64,000 bases of DNA from Eledone cirrhosa. Its lineage: Eukaryota. The translations under genes were made by a program, and so were the position numbers. The notes under the pieces were generated by a model. That model searched no databases. It was not told the origin of the DNA and saw nothing but the letters and a program-made list of their open reading frames with translations. Shown here one piece after another: positions 61,901 through 64,000 of the stretch (the first letter of the stretch is position 1; every line of letters starts with the position of its first letter). Where the stretch lies: positions 6,696,001 through 6,760,000 of the forward strand of contig OZ024741.1 in the NCBI GenBank assembly GCA_964016885.1, given 5' to 3'.

Positions 61901-64000
61901 GTAACAGCAACAGTAGTAACAGCAACAGTAGTAACAGCAACAGTAGTAACAGCAACAGTAGTAACAGCAACAGTAATAACAGCAACAGTAATAACAGCAA
62001 CAGTAATAACAGCAACAGTAATAACAGCAACAGTAATAACAGCAACAGTAATAACAGCAACAGTAATAACAGCAACAGTAGTAACAGCAGCAGTAGTAAC
62101 AGCAACAGTAGTAACAGCAACAGTAGTAACAGCAACAGTAGTAACAGCAACAGTAGTAACAGCAACAGTAATAACAGCAACAGTAATAACAGCAACAGTA
62201 ATAACAGCAACAGTAGTAACAGCAACAGTAGTAACAGCAACAGTTGTAACAGCAACAGTAGTAACAGCAACAGTAGTAACAGCAACAGTAATAACAGCAA
62301 CAGTAATAACAGCAACAGTAGTAACAGCAACAGTAGTAACAGCAACAGTAGTAACAGCAACAGTAGTAACAGCAACAGTAGTAACAGCAACAGTAATAAC
62401 AGCAACAGTAATAACAGCAACAGTAATAACAGCAACAGTAGTAACAGCAACAGTAGTAACAGCAACAGTAGTAACAGCAACAGTAGTAACAGCAACAGTA
62501 GTAACAGCAACAGTAGTAACAGCAACAGTAGTAACAGCAACAGTAGTAACAGCAACAGTAGTAACAGCAACAGTAGTAACAGCAACAGTAATAACAGCAA
62601 CAGTAATAACAGCAACAGTAATAACAGCAACAGTAATAACAGCAACAGTAATAACAGCAACAGTAATAACAGCAACAGTAATAACAGCAACAGTAATAAC
62701 AGCAACAGTAATAACAGCAACAGTAGTAACAGCAACAGTAGTAACAGCAACAGTAGTAACAGCAACAGTAGTAACAGCAACAGTAGTAACAGCAACAGTA
62801 GTAACAGCAACAGTAATAACAGCAACAGTAATGACAGCAACAGTAGTAACAGCAACAGTAATAACAGCAACAGTAATAACAGCAACAGTAATAACAGCAA
62901 CAGTAGTAACAGCAACAGTAGTAACAGCAACAGTAATAACAGCAACAGTAGTAACAGCAACAGTAGTAACAGCAACAGTAGTAACAGCAACAGTAGTAAC
63001 AGCAACAGTAGTAACAGCAACAGTAGTAACAGCAACAGTAGTAACAGCAACAGTAGTAACAGCAACAGTAATAACAGCAACAGTAATAACAGCAACAGTA
63101 GTAACAGCAACAGTAGTAACAGCAACAGTAATAACAGCAACAGTAATAACAGCAACAGTAGTAACAGCAACAGTAGTAACAGCAACAGTAATAACAGCAA
63201 CAGTAATAACAGCAACAGTAATAACAGCAACAGTAGTAACAGCAACAGTAGTAACAGCAACAGTAGTAACAGCAACAGTAGTAACAGCAACAGTAGTAAC
63301 AGCAACAGTAGTAACAGCAACAGTAGTAACAGCAACAGTAGTAACAGCAACAGTAGTAACAGCAACAGTAGTAACAGCAACAGTAGTAACAGCAACAGTA
63401 GTAACAGCAACAGTAATAACAGCAACAGTAATAACAGCAACAGTAATAACAGCAACAGTAATAACAGCAACAGTAATAACAGCAACAGTAATAACAGCAA
63501 CAGTAGCAACAGTAATAACAGCAACAGTAATAACAGCAACAGTAGTAACAGCAACAGTAGTAACAGCAACAGTAGTAACAGCAACAGTAGTAACAGCAAC
63601 AGTAGTAACAGCAACAGTAGTAACAGCAACAGTAATAACAGCAACAGTAATGACAGCAACAGTAGTAACAGCAACAGTAATAACAGCAACAGTAATAACA
63701 GCAACAGTAATAACAGCAACAGTAGTAACAGCAACAGTAGTAACAGCAACAGTAATAACAGCAACAGTAGTAACAGCAACAGTAGTAACAGCAACAGTAG
63801 TAACAGCAACAGTAGTAACAGCAACAGTAGTAACAGCAACAGTAGTAACAGCAACAGTAGTAACAGCAACAGTAGTAACAGCAACAGTAGTAACAGCAAC
63901 AGTAATAACAGCAACAGTAGTAACAGCAACAGTAGTAACAGCAACAGTAATAACAGCAACAGTAATAACAGCAACAGTAGTAACAGCAACAGTAGTAACA
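58998..64000. repeat. Triplet-derived 15-bp minisatellite (AGTAGTAACAGCAAC)n, >5 kb, open at the right edge
   Basis: It is built almost entirely from AGT/AAC/AGC/AAT triplets, with dominant unit AGTA(G/A)TAACAGCAAC. It is probably intronic in Haspin. Confidence 0.98.

Noticed and set aside
58995-63989. 1664-aa poly-Leu ORF
   Set aside because: Artefact of the triplet-based repeat: CTG, TTG, TTA and CTA all code Leu. There is no ATG start and no domain.

Overview
Eukaryotic (animal) genomic DNA. The SINE, RTE, Tx1 and CR1 repertoire and the microsatellite load look mollusc/octopod-like, but this is an inference. Bases 1-~35,740 are an AT-rich 50-bp satellite array with layered higher-order duplications (periods 3,921, ~3,345 and 6,584 bp) and one SINE insertion. 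The rest holds six phase-consistent coding exons of a + strand Haspin (GSG2, histone H3T3 kinase) gene, which continues beyond the window. Its introns and flank contain a decayed RTE with nested insertions, a near-full-length antisense Tx1/L1-clade retrotransposon inside a 60/72-bp minisatellite, a CR1 fragment, two SINE families, a Helitron end and several micro- and minisatellites. The most unusual structure is a (TA)n-embedded element at 36,156-36,523, in which 97-bp inverted repeats enclose a tRNA-like Pol III unit. Two other fold-back elements lie nearby (45,083, with the same (TA)n-hairpin-tail layout, and a decayed one at 42,029).
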